64,000 bases of DNA from Bacteroidales bacterium (GTDB lineage Bacteria; Bacteroidota; Bacteroidia; Bacteroidales; Salinivirgaceae): the NCBI GenBank assembly GCA_012519055.1, contig JAAYQU010000035.1, positions 7,535-71,534 of the forward strand, in the 5' to 3' direction. The translations under genes and the position numbers were made by a program. How positions within the stretch are numbered: position 1 is the stretch's first letter; every line of letters starts with the position of its first letter. Positions 29,779-39,962 of this stretch are shown here, one piece after another. Below the pieces are notes generated by a model, which saw nothing but the letters and a program-made list of their open reading frames with translations, had not been told where the DNA came from and searched no databases.

Positions 29779-32700
29779 ATGTATATATTTCAAAAACAGA
29801 AACGGTTCTTGGTTTTGTTGTTTTTGCTCTGTTTTATTGTAATAATACCATGTGCGAATTCGTTATTTGCACAAACATATAACTTTGAGCGATACTCTTT
29901 GCCTGAAGGATTGTCGCAAAGTCAGGTATTAGACATTAAACAGGATACGCTTGGACGGATTTGGTTAGCCACAGAGCGAGGCGGAGTAACCATATTGTCT
30001 GGTGATTTTCCTTCTTATCTCGGAAGAAACGATAGTTTACCCGGAACAACCACTTTATCTTTGTTTTATGATCAGAAACACAGGATGTGGATTGGCACAA
30101 ATCGCGGTGTTAGATATTATAATGGAAAAGTTTTGGTTAAGCTAGAAAATGGTGAGATACTCGATACTGTTACTGTTTATGATATTGTTCAACGCTCTGA
30201 TGGTATTATCGTTTTTGCAACAAATTATGGTGTTTATGCTTATAATGATTCTATTGGCTGTTATAATCTCATTCCCCAGTTAGCAAACACAATAGTTACA
30301 AAAATAACTGCACGAACAAACAATCTGTTGTATCTAATTAGTAGAAATAATCCATTGTTAATTTTCGACGGGATTAATTTGGAAGAATTACGACTTCCTG
30401 TTTTAGAAGGAACAGAAATAACAGATTGCTTTTTCGATTCACAAGATAGGATTTGGGTTAGCACAACAGATGGGCTTATTACAAGAGATGGCTATGACTA
30501 TAAAACTTATAGTTATGACGATGGTTTGATTGATGACCATATTGCATGCGTTGCCGAAGACCGTTTTGGTAATATATGGGTAGGAACTGATGCAGGAGGA
30601 TTAAATATTTTTACTGATGAGGGGATTATTAATATTACTGCACAACAAGGAATTGGTCACAACTGTATTAAAGCTCTATATTGTGATAATTATAAAAACA
30701 TGTGGGTAGGAACAGATGGTGCGGGTGCTTATGTTTTTAAAGGATTTCGCTTTACTAAGTTTGAAACGCCAGAGTTTATAGAGACAGTATCAATAACTGC
30801 AGTATATATTTCATCAAAAAACAAAATATTTTTAGGCACAAATGGATATGGACTGTTATATGTCGATGGAGGTAAAAGAAAGTTGTTTAATACTGACAAT
30901 GGATTGAGAAGCAACATAGTACACACAATAGTTACAGATAAAAATGAAGTCGCCTATATAGGAACAGATAAAGGGTTAGATATTATAAGGAATACGAGAA
31001 TTGACAAAAAATTAAGAAATGATATAAATGTTACATATCCTACAAATACAATTTTTATTGATAACAACGGATCTGTTTGGATAGGCACCGCTGGATATGG
31101 GTTAATTAACTACAGTAAAACCAAGAAAACAAGGTATTCAAAAAATAAAAATATTGCAGGAAACACTATCTACGATATCTTACAAAACCAACAAGGTGAA
31201 ATAGCTGTTGCCACAGACGAAGGCCTATCAATAATTTCAGAATCAGGAGTAACAAACTATACCTACAAACATGGTTTGCCGGCCGAAAATATAACATCTT
31301 TAATTGTAGATAAAAACAACAAACTATGGCTAGTTTCAGAAAAAGGTGTTTCCCGATTTGAAGATGAGCGATTTTATAATATACCTTTAGAGAGTATAAC
31401 TGATGCCAACATTATTTACTCTATTGTCAATGACCTTTTTGGCAACCTACTTATCGGTACAGAGCGTGGAATTGATATCATTACTTTAGATAATAAAAGT
31501 AATATATCTCTGATTAAAAAACTTAGACGTGAAGATGGTTTTTTTGGCATAGAGTGTAACTTAAATTCTGTGATGAAAGGTGAAAGGGGCGAGGTCTTTT
31601 TTGGTACTAAACAAGGTGTAACTATTTTCAACTCGTTAGCAGACAGTGTAAAAAACCCTGTTCCTCCTGCATATATTCGTGATGTTGAGCTGTATTACAG
31701 TAAAATAGATTGGTTAGCTTATACCGATTCTGTAATTAACTGGAGTTTATTGCCTTATAATCTTAAACTTCCGCACAATGAAAACAATGTTACTTTTTTC
31801 TTTGGAGCTAATGATTATCAGACGCCTCAAAAATTAATGTTCCAGTTTCGTTTGGAAGGATTCGATCAAAACTGGACAACTCCAACAAGTCAACGGTTTA
31901 TTAACTATACCAACTTGCCTCCAGGTAAATATTCCATGAAAGTAAGATCTTGGTACTCAGCAGATCAATTTTCAAATAATCCAGGGGTTTTTCAATTTGA
32001 AATACTTAAGCCTTTGTGGTTTGAAACCTGGTTTATTCTTGCCTGTATAGTGCTTTTATTAACCTCTGTTTTAGTAATATGGAACTGGCGACTTAGAGTT
32101 ATCAGGCGTAATGAGAGGAGACTTGAAGGAATTGTTAATGAAAGAACACTCGATTTGCAAAAACAAAAAGAGGAGTTGCATAAAGCAAACATTCAAATTA
32201 GCCAAAGCGCACAGATGAAAGAGCAGTTTGTTGCAAACACAAGCCATGAGATTAGAACACCTCTTAATGTTATTTCGGGCTATACTAACCTGTTGATTAA
32301 CACCAAAGTAGATAATGTCCAGAACAAATATCTTAACTATATAAAAGAGAGTTTGGATAATCTTAAAGTTATAGTCAACGATATTCTCGACTTCTCAAAG
32401 ATTGAAGCCGATAAGCTTGAATTTGAAAGCATTCCGTTTGATTTTGTAAAATCTATAAATTTCACGTGCAATCAGATGGAGATTGAGGCTGCAAAAAAAG
32501 CGCTGTCATTGGAATTAAACTTCTTTAATATACTACATTCTGTTGTTGTTGGTGATCCTGTAAGATTAAATCAAATAGTTTCAAATCTTGTTAGAAATGC
32601 AATTAAATTCACTCAAGAAGGAAAAATAGAAGTTAACATTAGTGACATTAGTAATAACAGTGACACAGTACTTTTAAAAGTGGTAGTTAAAGACAGTGGT

Positions 32701-33753
32701 ATAGGTATCCCTGCCGAAAAACTCGACAAAATATTCGATAGTTTTTCTCAGGTAAGCAGCGAATCAACGAGAAAATATGGAGGCACGGGCTTAGGGCTTT
32801 CAATAGTTAAGCGTCTTGTTGATAGACAAGATGGATATATTTATGTCGAGAGTGAAGAAAACAAGGGAAGCCAATTTACAGTAGTAATTCCTTACGAAAA
32901 ATCAGATGCAAACCCAGCAGAGGATGATAAACTAGATTACGCTATTTTCCAACATACTTTATCTAAAAATGTTAAAATTTTGTTGGTTGACGATAATCAA
33001 ATTAACCTTGCACTTGCAGAAAGCACACTTACAAGTTATAGTACTCAATTTGAAATTCAAACTGCTTTGAATGGCAAAGAGGCTGTAGAGCTAGTACAAA
33101 AGGCTGATTATGATATAGTTATAATGGATATTCAAATGCCCGAAATGGACGGATATACGGCAACAAAAATTATCAGAGAACAGCTTCCTTCGCCCATAAA
33201 TAAGGTTCCAATTTTAGGAATGACAGCTCACGCTTTAAGTCACGAACGTAAAAAGTGTTTGCAGTACGGCATGAATGAGTATATAGCAAAACCATTCGTC
33301 CCACGTATGTTTTTTGAATACATATTAAAACTAACTGACACTACTGCGGAGCCAGTAGAAGGAGTTGAGGTTCCCTCTACGCCAACAATGCCCGCATTTA
33401 ATCTGATTGATCCAATACAGCTATGGAAAAACTCGGCAGGGAAAATAGACCGATTTGTCAGATATATCGAAATGTACTCAAAATCAATACCCGACCAGAT
33501 AATCGAGCTGGGGAAAGGAATTAGAAATGCAAATAATGATGAAATAAAGTTATTGTCACACACTTTAAAAACCTCTTTTAGATATTTGGGAATGGGAAGG
33601 GCACAAGAATTGGCTTTTGAAATAGAAAAAACATCTATGGATAATATTCCTATTGACTATAGCCTACATTTAGAGGAGATACGCGAGCTATGGAATAAAG
33701 CATCGGTGGAGATAAATGCATTTATTGAGGCAAACAAGTTAACCCGAACTTGA
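29779..33753 (+). CDS. hybrid sensor histidine kinase: periplasmic beta-propeller/Y_Y_Y sensor, TM, HisKA, HATPase, REC, HPt
   Basis: 1324 aa. Repeated ..IW(V/I)GT..G(L/V).. propeller motifs, H-box FVANTSHEIRTPLN, G-boxes DSGIGI and GGTGLGLSIV, REC (LLVDDN..MDIQMPEMDG..KPF) and HPt (SHTLKTSFRYLGM). Confidence 0.9.
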   Translation: MYIFQKQKRFLVLLFLLCFIVIIPCANSLFAQTYNFERYSLPEGLSQSQVLDIKQDTLGRIWLATERGGVTILSGDFPSYLGRNDSLPGTTTLSLFYDQKHRMWIGTNRGVRYYNGKVLVKLENGEILDTVTVYDIVQRSDGIIVFATNYGVYAYNDSIGCYNLIPQLANTIVTKITARTNNLLYLISRNNPLLIFDGINLEELRLPVLEGTEITDCFFDSQDRIWVSTTDGLITRDGYDYKTYSYDDGLIDDHIACVAEDRFGNIWVGTDAGGLNIFTDEGIINITAQQGIGHNCIKALYCDNYKNMWVGTDGAGAYVFKGFRFTKFETPEFIETVSITAVYISSKNKIFLGTNGYGLLYVDGGKRKLFNTDNGLRSNIVHTIVTDKNEVAYIGTDKGLDIIRNTRIDKKLRNDINVTYPTNTIFIDNNGSVWIGTAGYGLINYSKTKKTRYSKNKNIAGNTIYDILQNQQGEIAVATDEGLSIISESGVTNYTYKHGLPAENITSLIVDKNNKLWLVSEKGVSRFEDERFYNIPLESITDANIIYSIVNDLFGNLLIGTERGIDIITLDNKSNISLIKKLRREDGFFGIECNLNSVMKGERGEVFFGTKQGVTIFNSLADSVKNPVPPAYIRDVELYYSKIDWLAYTDSVINWSLLPYNLKLPHNENNVTFFFGANDYQTPQKLMFQFRLEGFDQNWTTPTSQRFINYTNLPPGKYSMKVRSWYSADQFSNNPGVFQFEILKPLWFETWFILACIVLLLTSVLVIWNWRLRVIRRNERRLEGIVNERTLDLQKQKEELHKANIQISQSAQMKEQFVANTSHEIRTPLNVISGYTNLLINTKVDNVQNKYLNYIKESLDNLKVIVNDILDFSKIEADKLEFESIPFDFVKSINFTCNQMEIEAAKKALSLELNFFNILHSVVVGDPVRLNQIVSNLVRNAIKFTQEGKIEVNISDISNNSDTVLLKVVVKDSGIGIPAEKLDKIFDSFSQVSSESTRKYGGTGLGLSIVKRLVDRQDGYIYVESEENKGSQFTVVIPYEKSDANPAEDDKLDYAIFQHTLSKNVKILLVDDNQINLALAESTLTSYSTQFEIQTALNGKEAVELVQKADYDIVIMDIQMPEMDGYTATKIIREQLPSPINKVPILGMTAHALSHERKKCLQYGMNEYIAKPFVPRMFFEYILKLTDTTAEPVEGVEVPSTPTMPAFNLIDPIQLWKNSAGKIDRFVRYIEMYSKSIPDQIIELGKGIRNANNDEIKLLSHTLKTSFRYLGMGRAQELAFEIEKTSMDNIPIDYSLHLEEIRELWNKASVEINAFIEANKLTRT

Positions 33754-33810
33754 AAACCATTAACTTAAGTCACGATCTTGGAACATGTGTAATATAAATT
33801 AAAGGAAAAA

Positions 33811-33838
33811 GTAGAGACGGAGTATAATCCGTCTCTAC
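33811..33838. terminator. GAGACGG..CCGTCTC palindromic hairpin element
   Basis: GTAGAGACGGA gtataa TCCGTCTCTAC, an 11-bp perfect stem at a convergent junction. Confidence 0.65.
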
Positions 33839-33867
33839 GACACTGACTTCAGTTTAACAATTGTAAA

Positions 33868-35307
33868 TTACTGCTTTATCAATTTACCACTTATCCTATT
33901 TTCTTTTGAAACGATATTATAAAAATAAATTCCCGATTGTAAGTCACTTACAGAAACTTCTGTTTTATCTGAAAAAACAAGAGAGATTACTTTATTGCCT
34001 TTAATATCATAGAGTTCAAATACACCAATATCATCTGACAATAATGGTTGAATAATTATAAAAGATGAAGTTGGATTAGGATAGACATTAAAAATAGAAT
34101 TGTTAATCTCATCGATGCCTGTTGTTAAATCTGAATAATAAAATCCTGCTGTACCAATAGGATGTTGTTGTTCATTATACCATTCGTAATACTTAATTTT
34201 GACTAAAAGATTGTTCATATTTGGCAAGTTGCTTTCACCAACAGGAAAAATGACATCAGAAAAAGAAAAGGATAAATCGTAAAAATATTCTTCTTCCCAA
34301 ACACGTTCCCAACTGTTTTCATTGAGGTCCCAACTAAAACTTGTTTCTAAAGTAATATTGTTGTTGCTATCGTAAGAATATTCACTTTTGTTAGAATATT
34401 GCCATTGTTCAGTAATCTCATCATAGTCATGATTTATTAAAACTATCATATTGTTATAGTCATCATAACCATACTCTTTTTTCCAGACATTAAGCCATTG
34501 ATTAGCAGACTCTTCCCAGCCACAAGCTGTTACTTGTGATAAATTTCCGTTTGTATCGTAGGTATATTCGACCTTATAATCGTAACTCCACAGACTTGAG
34601 TCAATATTCCAACTATATATAGATACTAATATTAAATTTGAGTTACTATCATACGATAATTCTTGTTTTGCTGTAAGAATCCAAACACTATTTGAAGGGT
34701 CCCAACTATAATAAGATAAAAGAAATAAGTTATAATTACTATCATAATTGTACTCGGACTTTATACCAACATCCCATCCATTATTTTCTGAGTTCCAATA
34801 TTGAAATATAATATAACTTGCTACATTTCCATAAGTATCGTAAGTATAGTTCTCTTCACTTTCATTTTCCCATTTATTATTATTAGGATTCCACACATAA
34901 CTAGAAGCTTTCAACAAATAACCATTATCATCAAAAGTGTGTTCTGATTTACCAAGAATTATCCATTGGCTGTTGTCGTCATATCTAGAATAATAATTTT
35001 GCTGTGTGTTTTTACCAGCTGAATCATAAATAAACTCAAGCTTTTCTTGTTGGACATCTATCATAATAAGACTGTCTAATCTTTTCTTTATATCACTTGT
35101 TGGAGTTTGAAGAAAATCAGGATTTGCTTGGTTATTTTTAAAGGTTAATGGTTTGTCGCTTATTCGATTAAACAAAATCTCAGATTGTTTTAAATCGTTA
35201 TTAAAATAAGAAAACTGATAGTTTTTCTTTAAATTAATAGGGTTTTGTCCTTGTGTATTCAAGATTATTAAGAACAACACTATAAGAAATGTAACTTTAG
35301 ATTTCAT
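33868..35307 (-). CDS. T9SS-sorted secreted protein with YD-like repeats (paralog 1)
   Basis: 479 aa with a signal peptide. It has at least 8 repeats of the type W..(W)...E(Y)xYDxxGN(L). The C-terminal NVYPNP...YDIKGNKV...LQSGIYFYNI...GKLIKQ is a clear T9SS type-A sorting domain. Confidence 0.8.
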   Translation of the reverse strand: MKSKVTFLIVLFLIILNTQGQNPINLKKNYQFSYFNNDLKQSEILFNRISDKPLTFKNNQANPDFLQTPTSDIKKRLDSLIMIDVQQEKLEFIYDSAGKNTQQNYYSRYDDNSQWIILGKSEHTFDDNGYLLKASSYVWNPNNNKWENESEENYTYDTYGNVASYIIFQYWNSENNGWDVGIKSEYNYDSNYNLFLLSYYSWDPSNSVWILTAKQELSYDSNSNLILVSIYSWNIDSSLWSYDYKVEYTYDTNGNLSQVTACGWEESANQWLNVWKKEYGYDDYNNMIVLINHDYDEITEQWQYSNKSEYSYDSNNNITLETSFSWDLNENSWERVWEEEYFYDLSFSFSDVIFPVGESNLPNMNNLLVKIKYYEWYNEQQHPIGTAGFYYSDLTTGIDEINNSIFNVYPNPTSSFIIIQPLLSDDIGVFELYDIKGNKVISLVFSDKTEVSVSDLQSGIYFYNIVSKENRISGKLIKQ

Positions 35308-35573
35308 ATTAATATAATTTTTGTTTTCCTACTCGTAAGGCTTTTCGATTCCGCCCCATTTATTTAAGTGGGTTCTGGTTCCCATTTGTTAATTTCATTA
35401 ATAAGTTTTTGTTGTCACTTTGGGTGGTCAGCCCGTTGGCTTTCGCAGACCGTATCTGTATTTTAAATTATTCACTTTTCTGTTATGAGTTTGAATCAAA
35501 GATAAAGGTTTGTTGTTTGCAAGGTGTGACGTTTCTATGTCATTAAAGTTACATTCTAAACTATCTGTTTTTT

Positions 35574-35611
35574 ATCTGTGATTATCCGTTTAATCTGTGT
35601 CATCAGTGTTC
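35574..35611 (-). repeat. 38-nt GAACAC..GATTAAAC..ATCACAGAT unit
   Basis: The reverse complement is gaacactgatgacacagattaaacggataatcacagat. Confidence 0.65.
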
Positions 35612-35672
35612 TTTGTAAATACAGAAAAAAACGTTAAAATTGTCGTATATAATCCAGATAAGTTTACAAACA

Positions 35673-38438
35673 ATGAATAAAAAACTTTTTCTTATTGACG
35701 CTTATGCACTTATTTATCGTAGTTACTTCGCGTTTATAAAAAATCCACGAACGACTACAACAGGGATAAATACATCGGCAATATTCGGATTTACTAATAC
35801 TCTTCTTGAACTCATAAAAACCGAAAAGCCTGATTATTTAGCCATAGGGTTTGACCTTAGTCAGCCAACATTTCGTCATGAAATGTATCCTGAATATAAA
35901 GCCAATAGAGACGAAACCCCAGAAGGTGTACGCGTTGCCGTGCCTTATGTAAAGAGGCTTGCTCAGGCAATGAATATACCTGTTGTGGCGAAACCCGGCT
36001 ATGAAGCTGATGACGTTATCGGAACAATCGCCAAAAAAGCCTCTCAGCAAGGTTTTGATGTTTATATGATGACCCCCGATAAAGATTATGGACAGCTTGT
36101 TGAAGAAAACATAAAGATGTATAAACCAAAGAGTTTCGGGACTGGATTTGATGTAATCGGGATAAATGAGATTTGTAAAAAATATGGAATTAAAAACCCT
36201 GTGCAGTTAATTGATATTCTGGCTTTGTGGGGAGATACATCCGACAATATCAAGGGTGTTGACGGAATTGGCGAAAAAACCGCCTCAAAATTGGTGGCTG
36301 AATATGAAAGCGTTGAGGGTATATATCAAAATATCAACAATTTAAAAGGCAGAACTAAAGAAAACCTTTTAAACAGTCGTGATATAGTCAAGATATCCAA
36401 GAAGTTAGTTACTATAGTTACCGATATCGATATGGAGATTAACTTCGATGAGATGAAAATTAGTCAGCCCAATATGCAGGAGATAGACGAACTTTTTAAC
36501 GAGCTTGAATTTAGAACACTGCGACAACGATTTGTACAAAACATTGAGCCTAAACAGGTTCACGTTCAAAAAACATTGTGGGACACCGGTTCTGATGATA
36601 AAGACGCTTTTAATCAGTTAACTACTCACAAAACCCTGAATGATATTGAGCATAACTATAAATTAATAACAGATAAAGATGATTTAGTTAAGCTTGTTAG
36701 TACTCTTGAATCGTTTGACACCTTTAGTTTTGATACTGAGACAACAAATATTGACGCCATAAAAGCAAAAATTGTTGGAGTCTCATTTTGCGCTGTTGAG
36801 GGTGAGGCTTACTATGTTTCGATAAATGAAAAGTTATCTGATGTTGAAATAGTTGAAGAAATCCGATGTTTATTAGAAGATGAAAGTAAAACTATTATCG
36901 GGCAAAACTTAAAGTATGATTTGCTTGTGTTGCGCGGATACGGTGTAAAGCCAACAGCAAAACTTATTGACACCATGTTGGCGCACTATTTAATAAACCC
37001 CGACCAACGACATAATATTGATTTTCTCGCACTTAATTACCTGAATTGGCAAAAAATCACTACCGATTCTCTAATTGGTAAAAAGGGAAGCGGGCAAATT
37101 AATATGGCGCAACTAAAACCCGAACAGGTTCGCGATTACGCTTGCGAAGATGCCGATGTCGCATTCCGCTTATGGAAAAAACTTTCCCCAGAACTCGAAA
37201 AACTTGAGCTTCAAAATGTTTTTGAAACCATTGAGATGCCTTTGGTTAAAGTTTTAGTTGAAATGGAGTTTATAGGAGTGAAAATCAATATTGAGGATCT
37301 GAGCACCCTTAGAGAGCTGTATCAGCAAGAAAATAAAGAGATAGAAAACAAGATATTTGAGTATGCAGGTTATCAGTTTAATATTGCCTCGCCAAAACAG
37401 CTTGGAGAGTTGCTTTTCGATCGACTAAAAATAACAGATAAGCCAAAACTTACCAAAACAAAACAGTATGCCACAGGTGAGGAGGTATTAATTGAACTGA
37501 AAGATAATCATCCAATTGTTGGTTTAATATTGGAATACAGAGAATTACAAAAGTTACTTAATACTTATATTGAAGCACTTCCAAAACTGGTTAATTCGGA
37601 CAGTAGGCGAATACATACATCATTTAATCAGGCAGTTACAAATACTGGTCGTTTAAGTAGCACCAATCCGAATTTGCAAAACATACCTATTCGTGATGAG
37701 CGAGGAAAAGCGATAAGAAAAGCGTTCGTTCCGGCTACTGAGAATCATGTATTAATTTCTGCAGACTATAGCCAAATTGAGCTTAGAATAATGGCACATC
37801 TTAGTCAAGACAAAAACATGCTAGATGCTTTTGCCAAAGGTATGGACATACATCAAGACACTGCTGCCAAACTTTTTGGAATTAATCCTGATGAAGTTAC
37901 ACGCGAGCAACGTGGACACGCAAAGGGTGCAAACTTTGGGATTATTTATGGGATCTCTCCTTTCGGATTAGCTAAAAACACAGGACTATCTCAAAGCGAA
38001 GCCAGAACCCTTATCGATAACTATTTTAACACCTATCCGGGAGTTAAACAATATATGGACCACTCGATTGAATTGGCACGAGAGAAAGGTTGTGTTCAAA
38101 CCATAATGGGACGAAAGCGCTTTTTGCCTGATATTAGATCGGCAAATGCAACTGTTCGTAAAGCAGCAGAACGAAACGCAATAAATGCTCCAATACAAGG
38201 CTCATCTGCCGATATGATCAAATTGGCAATGATTGATATTTATAATGAGTTTGAAAAAAAGAGGTTAAAAAGTAAAATGATTTTGCAGGTTCATGATGAG
38301 TTGGTTTTCGATGTTCCAACCGATGAGATTGAGATAGTTAAAATAATTGTCGAAGACAAAATGTTGAATGCGGTAAAACTCAACGTTAAACTAAAGGTCG
38401 ATGTAAATGCTGGAAATAATTGGTTAGAAGCACACTAA
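35673..38438 (+). CDS. polA: DNA polymerase I
   Basis: 5'-nuclease domain (LFLIDAYALIYRSYFAF), 3'-5' exonuclease domain and pol motifs (DYSQIELR, QVHDELVF). The ATG at 35673 is preferred over the TTG at 35640. Confidence 0.95.
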   Translation: MNKKLFLIDAYALIYRSYFAFIKNPRTTTTGINTSAIFGFTNTLLELIKTEKPDYLAIGFDLSQPTFRHEMYPEYKANRDETPEGVRVAVPYVKRLAQAMNIPVVAKPGYEADDVIGTIAKKASQQGFDVYMMTPDKDYGQLVEENIKMYKPKSFGTGFDVIGINEICKKYGIKNPVQLIDILALWGDTSDNIKGVDGIGEKTASKLVAEYESVEGIYQNINNLKGRTKENLLNSRDIVKISKKLVTIVTDIDMEINFDEMKISQPNMQEIDELFNELEFRTLRQRFVQNIEPKQVHVQKTLWDTGSDDKDAFNQLTTHKTLNDIEHNYKLITDKDDLVKLVSTLESFDTFSFDTETTNIDAIKAKIVGVSFCAVEGEAYYVSINEKLSDVEIVEEIRCLLEDESKTIIGQNLKYDLLVLRGYGVKPTAKLIDTMLAHYLINPDQRHNIDFLALNYLNWQKITTDSLIGKKGSGQINMAQLKPEQVRDYACEDADVAFRLWKKLSPELEKLELQNVFETIEMPLVKVLVEMEFIGVKINIEDLSTLRELYQQENKEIENKIFEYAGYQFNIASPKQLGELLFDRLKITDKPKLTKTKQYATGEEVLIELKDNHPIVGLILEYRELQKLLNTYIEALPKLVNSDSRRIHTSFNQAVTNTGRLSSTNPNLQNIPIRDERGKAIRKAFVPATENHVLISADYSQIELRIMAHLSQDKNMLDAFAKGMDIHQDTAAKLFGINPDEVTREQRGHAKGANFGIIYGISPFGLAKNTGLSQSEARTLIDNYFNTYPGVKQYMDHSIELAREKGCVQTIMGRKRFLPDIRSANATVRKAAERNAINAPIQGSSADMIKLAMIDIYNEFEKKRLKSKMILQVHDELVFDVPTDEIEIVKIIVEDKMLNAVKLNVKLKVDVNAGNNWLEAH

Positions 38439-38439
38439 A

Positions 38440-38474
38440 GCAATTAACAATTAGCAATGAACAATTAACAATTG
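38440..38474 (+). repeat. AATTAGCAATG/AACAATTAAC word repeat
   Basis: gcaattaacaattagcaatgaacaattaacaattg, starting 2 nt after the polA stop. Confidence 0.65.
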
Positions 38475-38480
38475 GATGTA

Positions 38481-38559
38481 GAACACAGAAGACACGGATT
38501 AAACAGATTATCACAGATTTTTTCTGTGTAAATCCGTAGCATCTGTGTTATCTGTGTTC
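38481..38559. repeat. inverted pair of GAACACAGA..GGATTAAAC..CACAGAT units (long imperfect hairpin)
   Basis: Left unit 38481-38518 is gaacacagaagacacggattaaacagattatcacagat. The right unit 38523-38559 reverse-complements to gaacacagataacacagatgctacggatttacacaga. Confidence 0.65.
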
Positions 38560-38583
38560 CATAACGTACAATAAGGTATTACA

Positions 38584-39237
38584 ATGTATAAAATAATAAA
38601 TTCACACTCACATATTCCATTGCCCAATGCAATATTTAATTGCAATATGTTTGGTGAATGTGATAGTGCTATTCTAAACAGAGACAATTTATGTTCAATC
38701 GGCGTTCACCCTTGGGATGCAGAACAAATATCGGTTGAAAAGATTAAACCACTGTTTGAGCAGCTTAAATTGTCGTGTAATGTTGTTGCAATTGGTGAAT
38801 GTGGTTTAGATAGGGTGCGTAAAGTTGATTTGGAGAAACAGAGAGAGGTTTTTCTTGCGCAATTGGAATTAGCTTCAGAAAACAGTCTCCCAGTCGTTAT
38901 TCACTGTGTAAGAGCGTGGAGCGATTTATTCCCCATTATGCAAAAGTTTAATAACCTTACATATATACTGCACGATTTTAGAGCAAACATTATTCAAATT
39001 GCAAAACTTTTAGAATTCAACACATATTTTTCTTTCGGGAAATCTGTATTTAATCCGTCAGATAAAACAAAAGAGGTTTTAGGAATAATACCTAAAGAGA
39101 GAATACTTATCGAAACTGACGAAGAAAAGATAGATATTGAATCGGTATTGGAATCAATTTGTTTAGTTTTGCAAACTGATAAGGAGTTGTTTAGAGAGCA
39201 ACTTATAAAAAACACAAATAAAGCCTTTAATTTATGA
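38584..39237 (+). CDS. TatD-family metal-dependent hydrolase
   Basis: 217 aa with HSH, IGECGLD, HCVRAW and ETD motifs. Confidence 0.75.
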   Translation: MYKIINSHSHIPLPNAIFNCNMFGECDSAILNRDNLCSIGVHPWDAEQISVEKIKPLFEQLKLSCNVVAIGECGLDRVRKVDLEKQREVFLAQLELASENSLPVVIHCVRAWSDLFPIMQKFNNLTYILHDFRANIIQIAKLLEFNTYFSFGKSVFNPSDKTKEVLGIIPKERILIETDEEKIDIESVLESICLVLQTDKELFREQLIKNTNKAFNL

Positions 39238-39962
39238 CCCCTAATTGGTTAAAACGCAATGAATTGCTTTTAGGACAAGAAGCTATTAAGAAACTTCAAG
39301 CAAGCCGTGTTCTATTAGCCGGTTTAGGTGGTGTAGGGTCGTGGACAGCAGAGTTTCTTGTACGTTCGGGCATTGGAAATCTTACTATAGTTGATTCCGA
39401 TATTGTCGATGAAACCAATATTAACAGACAACTGCCTGCTACTCATGAAACTATAGGTTTGCTTAAAACCGACATAATGAAAGAACGGTTGTATAGTATA
39501 AATCCACAATTGAATTTAATGATTGTATGTAAATATATTAACGAGGAGACAAATACTGAAATATTACAGCCTGACTATGACGTAATTATCGATGCTATTG
39601 ATACTTTGTCGCCTAAAGTTTGGTTTTTGAATTTCGCACTACAGAAAGGTTGCCCGGTTATCAGCAGTATGGGCAGTGGCGCGCGGCTTGATCCTACAAA
39701 AGTTGTTGTTGGCGATATTTCAGAAACGCAAAACTGTTCGTTAGCTAAAGCGGTGCGCAAGAGGTTGAGACGTATGAACGTAACAACACCATTTACAGCT
39801 GTCTATAGCACTGAAAATCAAATTAATGAAGCGGTTGTAGAGTGTGAAGGGCGCAACAAGAAATCGGTAATAGGGACAGCCGTTTTTGTTCCAGCTGCGT
39901 TTGCTTGCGCAATATCTGCGCAAACAGTTAAAATGTTAATAGAAAATAATAATCAGAGATGA
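39234..39962 (+). CDS. tcdA: tRNA threonylcarbamoyladenosine dehydratase (ThiF/E1-like, TcdA)
   Basis: 242 aa with the LAGLGGVGSW nucleotide-binding loop. An ATGA overlap joins it to the TatD-family gene upstream. Confidence 0.8.
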   Translation: MTPNWLKRNELLLGQEAIKKLQASRVLLAGLGGVGSWTAEFLVRSGIGNLTIVDSDIVDETNINRQLPATHETIGLLKTDIMKERLYSINPQLNLMIVCKYINEETNTEILQPDYDVIIDAIDTLSPKVWFLNFALQKGCPVISSMGSGARLDPTKVVVGDISETQNCSLAKAVRKRLRRMNVTTPFTAVYSTENQINEAVVECEGRNKKSVIGTAVFVPAAFACAISAQTVKMLIENNNQR

